From an uncultured Kiloniellaceae bacterium (lineage in GTDB: Bacteria > Actinomycetota > Acidimicrobiia > Spongiisociales > UBA11373), in assembly GCA_964194935.1 (NCBI GenBank), contig CAXMOL010000067.1:85-64084 (forward strand): a DNA stretch of 64,000 bases, given 5' to 3'. Below, piece by piece: positions 60,609 to 64,000 of the stretch (position 1 is the first letter of the stretch; every line of letters starts with the position of its first letter). A program made the position numbers and the translations under genes. A model generated the notes under the pieces. The model made no database searches, had not been told where the DNA came from, and was given only the letters and a program-made list of their open reading frames with translations.

Positions 60609-61520
60609 GTGAAGGCACGTCTTCTGGCCGTGGCGATCGTTGCATCGTTCTTTGCGGCTTGCGGCGGTTCTACCACCGCCCAACCACCGTTTATCGATCT
60701 TGGCGATCGGGTTCGCCTGCCGACCGAGGGAATCGACGAGGTGGCCCCGCTTCGCATAGCGGTGGCAGCAATTCTTTCGCCGGAGGGCAACATCGAAAGC
60801 TATGGAGCTCTGTCGGACTACATCGGTATCAAGTTGAATCGCCCGGTCGAGATCGTGCAGCGTCGCACCTACCAGGAGATCAACGATCTGTTGGAGGCAG
60901 GTCATGTCGACGTCGGTTTCGTGTGTACAAGTGCCTATGTCCTGGGACACGATGAGTTCGGACTCCGTCTTCTCGCCGCGCCGCAGATAGCAGGCGAGAC
61001 GGTCTACTACTCCAAGTTGATTGTCGCTGCCGACAGTGAGGCCGAGAGCATGGCCGACCTGAGGGGCGCAACCTTTGCTTTCAGCGACCCCATCAGTACG
61101 AGTGGACTGGCCTATCCGACACTTCTGGTCGAGGAACTTGGTGAGACCCCTGAGACATTCTTCGGCCGGACCTTCTTCACATATAGCCACGAGGGGGCCA
61201 TCGACGCGGTGGTCGGTGAACTCGCCGACGCCGCCAACGTCGACAGCCTGGTGCTCGACTTCGTGCTGGCTCGAAACCCCGATCTTCCCATCAAGGTGAT
61301 CGACCGTTCGCCTGCCTTCAAGATCCCGCCTGCGGTGGCGTCTCCGAGCCTGTCGCCTCGTCAAGCAGCAGAGATACAGGGTCTCCTCTTGTCGATCGTG
61401 GCGGACCCGGAGGCTGCTTCGGTACTTGCGGCGCTCGGCATTGATCGGTTCGTCGCAGTGGAAGACACCGAATACGACGGTGTCCGCGATCTGATCTACC
61501 GCGATGGTGCCACGCCATGA
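60609..61520 (+). CDS. PhnD-like (phosphonate-binding-type) periplasmic substrate-binding lipoprotein
   Basis: Lipobox FFAACGG. PBP pattern FVCTSAYV...KLIVAADS...GATFAFSDPISTSG...YSHEGAIDAV. ATGA overlap with the downstream kinase. The GTG start at 60609 has a GGAG 8 nt upstream. Confidence 0.65.
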   Translation: MKARLLAVAIVASFFAACGGSTTAQPPFIDLGDRVRLPTEGIDEVAPLRIAVAAILSPEGNIESYGALSDYIGIKLNRPVEIVQRRTYQEINDLLEAGHVDVGFVCTSAYVLGHDEFGLRLLAAPQIAGETVYYSKLIVAADSEAESMADLRGATFAFSDPISTSGLAYPTLLVEELGETPETFFGRTFFTYSHEGAIDAVVGELADAANVDSLVLDFVLARNPDLPIKVIDRSPAFKIPPAVASPSLSPRQAAEIQGLLLSIVADPEAASVLAALGIDRFVAVEDTEYDGVRDLIYRDGATP

Positions 61521-62932
61521 ACGAAGGCCCTCCCAGTCGTTTCGACTGGCTTTCCGATCGCACCAGACAGATCCTCGGTGCCGTCAGCGTGCGGACCAAG
61601 ATCCTCGGCATCGTTCTTGCCCTCACGTTGGCGCTGGGGCTCGGTGTGACCTGGCAGGTGAGGACATCAACTCACGGAGTACTCCTCGAAGAACTCGATC
61701 TTCGTGGAATCGCCGTCGCCAGCGATCTGGCGGCGAGCAGCGTCGACCCGATTCTGCTGGATGACACGTTTGCGCTCCATCAGTTGCTGACTCAGACCGT
61801 GAAGAATCACCCGGATGTCGTGTATGCATTCGTGACCGACCTCGAGGGTGATGTGGTGGCCCACACCTTCGGGTTGGATGGCTTTCCGGCCCAGCTCGTC
61901 GACATCGAAACCATCGGTGAGCCCTTCGTCTACGACAGCGATGTCGGTCGGATCCGCGACTTTGCGGAGCCGGTATTGGCAGGCCGGGTCGGGACGGCTC
62001 GTGTCGGTCTGTCTGAAGTAAGGCTCAGCACGTTGGTGGCGGGAATCACCACTCAAATGCTGCTCACGACCCTTGCCGTGGCGGTTGCCGGTATCGCCTC
62101 CGCGGTGTTTCTCACATGGCTCCTCACGCGGCCGATTCTGGATCTCGTTGAGACCACGCGCCGGGTCGGAGCCGGAGATTTAGGGGCAAGAGCCCGCCCT
62201 TGGGCACGGGATGAGATAGGCGTTTTGGCCGAAGCTTTCAATGACATGGTCGAAGATCTCGACGAGAGTCGAGCAACCATCGAAACCAAGGAAGCTGCCA
62301 GGACGCGCCTGTTGGAACAGCTCATCACCGTCCAGGAGGAGGAGCGCAAGCGGATAGCCCGCCAGCTTCACGATGGCGTCGGCCAGTCCCTCAACTCGTT
62401 GGTTCTGGGGCTTTCGACCTTGATGCAGGGCGATGATTCGGTCAACGCGTCGGCCGAGGCGACGCAGCTTCGGGATGTCACGCTCGAGACCCTCGATGGA
62501 GTGCGGCAACTCAGTCGGGAGCTGCGTCCCAGCGTCCTCGACGATCTGGGACTGGCTGAGGCGCTCGAGCACTACGCGGTGGAGGTTGCCGGCCTCTATC
62601 CGGACCTGCTGGTGGATACCCAGTTGGACCTGGACACTCGGCTTTCTCCCGCGGTAGAGATCGCGGTCTACCGCATGGTTCAGGAGAGCATGACGAATGC
62701 GGCCAGGCATAGCGGTGCGCAGACGCTGAGTGTCGTCGTGGCGCAGCGCGCCGGCAGAACGCAAGCAATTATCGAAGACAACGGTATCGGCTTCGATGTC
62801 GAGGCCATGCGACGAAGCGGCAAGAGCGTCGGCATCCATGGGATAACGGAACGCGCCGACCTGGTGGGTGGGGATGTGCGCTTTGAGAGCGGTGCAGGCG
62901 GAACAACAGTGTTTATCGAGGTTCCAGAATGA
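61517..62932 (+). CDS. sensor histidine kinase (2 TM, periplasmic domain, HAMP, HisKA_3, HATPase_c)
   Basis: HAMP (RPILDLVETTRRVGAGDL...DEIGVLAEAFNDM), H-box ARQLHDGVGQSL and N-box MVQESMTNAARHS. Confidence 0.85.
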   Translation: MNEGPPSRFDWLSDRTRQILGAVSVRTKILGIVLALTLALGLGVTWQVRTSTHGVLLEELDLRGIAVASDLAASSVDPILLDDTFALHQLLTQTVKNHPDVVYAFVTDLEGDVVAHTFGLDGFPAQLVDIETIGEPFVYDSDVGRIRDFAEPVLAGRVGTARVGLSEVRLSTLVAGITTQMLLTTLAVAVAGIASAVFLTWLLTRPILDLVETTRRVGAGDLGARARPWARDEIGVLAEAFNDMVEDLDESRATIETKEAARTRLLEQLITVQEEERKRIARQLHDGVGQSLNSLVLGLSTLMQGDDSVNASAEATQLRDVTLETLDGVRQLSRELRPSVLDDLGLAEALEHYAVEVAGLYPDLLVDTQLDLDTRLSPAVEIAVYRMVQESMTNAARHSGAQTLSVVVAQRAGRTQAIIEDNGIGFDVEAMRRSGKSVGIHGITERADLVGGDVRFESGAGGTTVFIEVPE

Positions 62933-63594
62933 AAAACCCTATTCGCATAGTTCTTGCTGATGACCACACCGTGTTGCGTGCCGGTCTGAAGTCGCTACTC
63001 AGCGCCGAGAGCGATTTGGAGGTGGTTGGTGAGGCGGGTGACGGCATCGATTGCGTCGCACTAGCCGCCGAACTGCAACCGGACGTAATCGTGCTCGACA
63101 TCAACATGCCTACCTGTGGCGGGTTGGAGGCACTGCCGGCGATCCGCGAACGCGCACCTGAATGCCGGGTGCTGGTGCTCACGATGCACGACGACCCCGG
63201 ATATCTGCGTACCGTTCTGCGGTCCGGTGGCTCAGGCTTCTTGCTCAAGCAATCTGCCGCCGATGAACTCCTATCCGCCATTCGCTCGGTGGCCGAAGGC
63301 GGCCTTTACGTAAGTCCTCGCCACGCCCGGGTGCTGCTGGACCAGGCCGCCGCCGACACCGCGCGACGGAGGCCAGACGATGAAAACCATGTGCGCTATC
63401 GGTCTCTGAGCGACCGTGAGACCGAGATTTTCAAACTCACTGCGCTTGGCCACTCGAATGCGGAGATGGCAGAGATTCTCGCCCTGAGCGTCAAGACCGT
63501 GGAGACCTACAAGTCCAGGATGATGAAGAAGCTCAACCTGGACGGCCGGGCATCGTTGGTCCGGTTGGCGCTCGAGCTGGACGTGTTGCACTAG
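62929..63594 (+). CDS. response regulator, NarL/LuxR family
   Basis: Receiver (IVLADDH...VIVLDINMP) plus a C-terminal GerE HTH (LSDRETEIFKLTALGHSNAEMAEILALSVKTVETYKSR). Confidence 0.9.
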   Translation: MKNPIRIVLADDHTVLRAGLKSLLSAESDLEVVGEAGDGIDCVALAAELQPDVIVLDINMPTCGGLEALPAIRERAPECRVLVLTMHDDPGYLRTVLRSGGSGFLLKQSAADELLSAIRSVAEGGLYVSPRHARVLLDQAAADTARRRPDDENHVRYRSLSDRETEIFKLTALGHSNAEMAEILALSVKTVETYKSRMMKKLNLDGRASLVRLALELDVLH

Positions 63595-63697
63595 CTCGCG
63601 CCGTGTAGGGGGAAACCCCGACACTCCTCTCCGGACGGCACCAGGGAACTCACCTACATGAACGGGACCTTCATCTCTGCGCGGTAATCCCATAGTT

Positions 63698-63713
63698 TGT
63701 GATTCTTCTCACA
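63698..63713. promoter_or_regulatory. perfect CRP/FNR-family type palindrome TGTGA-N6-TCACA
   Basis: tgtgattcttctcaca read directly, in a locally AT-rich patch about 170 nt upstream of the Tat-signal gene start. Confidence 0.5.
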
Positions 63714-63746
63714 AGCATGAATGAATCGCCGCTGTCGGATATCAGG

Positions 63747-63773
63747 ACCTGGGTCACCCTCGGGGACCCAGGT
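63747..63773. promoter_or_regulatory. 9-bp perfect inverted repeat ACCTGGGTC-N9-GACCCAGGT
   Basis: Read directly. It lies between the CRP-like site and the downstream start codon, and could be an operator for the adjacent regulator or a 5'-UTR hairpin. Confidence 0.45.
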
Positions 63774-63883
63774 TGCGACCCGTCGGCGATTACTTGCGTT
63801 GGGGGTGCGGCGCCTGCTCGGAGCGCAGCACCCCTATTTCTTCTGAAACCCCGATCGAGTCCCAGTACCAGGAGGTCGTACAC

Positions 63884-64000
63884 GTGAAGGTTACGAGGCG
63901 TCGTTTTGTCCAGGGATCGGCTGCGGCTGGTGCCGCGGTTGCTGGCCGCAAGTTCCTTTTTGGTGATCTCGAATCGGTCGTTTCGAGAGCCGCACCCGGG
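63884..64000 (+). CDS. Tat-signal protein, probable molybdopterin oxidoreductase catalytic subunit (5' fragment, runs off the window)
   Basis: GTG start with GGAGG 8 nt upstream. Hand-translated VKVTRRRFVQGSAAAGAAVAGRKFLF shows a twin-arginine motif. Only 39 codons are visible, so the family assignment is an inference. Confidence 0.55.
   Translation, partial: MKVTRRRFVQGSAAAGAAVAGRKFLFGDLESVVSRAAPG

Overview
This is a high-GC chromosomal segment with about 60 tightly packed genes. The markers point to Actinomycetota: LCP and PASTA/VanW cell-wall proteins, CofC (F420), Asp-type MurA, and gltX followed by tRNA-Gln and tRNA-Glu. I saw no transposase, integrase, prophage or CRISPR array. Most of the window is housekeeping: ppk1-rpiB, murA, iscS-like/mnmA/ligA, a dapC-dapD-dapE operon, gatCAB, pepN, gltX with two tRNAs, pyk, recQ, pruA and moaA. 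Five things stand out.

1. An OsmC/Ohr-family gene (56048..56515, minus strand) has an in-frame TGA exactly where the catalytic Cys should be. A GG-loop hairpin follows at SECIS-like spacing. It is either a selenoprotein or a recent pseudogene.

2. A 760-aa secreted/membrane protein (33621..35903) has a C-terminal multi-helix region that is about one-sixth tryptophan. Its start region carries a 17-bp tandem duplication that creates a 6-codon uORF.

3. An uncharacterised locus spans 42644..48286. It holds a Cas4-like Fe-S nuclease, an operon of a coiled-coil protein with a restriction-endonuclease-like motif plus an HD-GYP protein, and, divergently, two translationally coupled dynamin/HSR1-like GTPases.

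4. PPK1 is fused to a Nudix domain and is followed by a separate histidine phosphatase.

5. A split TtrS/TorT-like sensor (PhnD-like lipoprotein, histidine kinase, LuxR-type regulator) lies upstream of a Tat-signal oxidoreductase. The regulatory gap contains a perfect TGTGA-N6-TCACA site.

All calls rest on reading the translated ORFs and the DNA by eye. No database searches were run.
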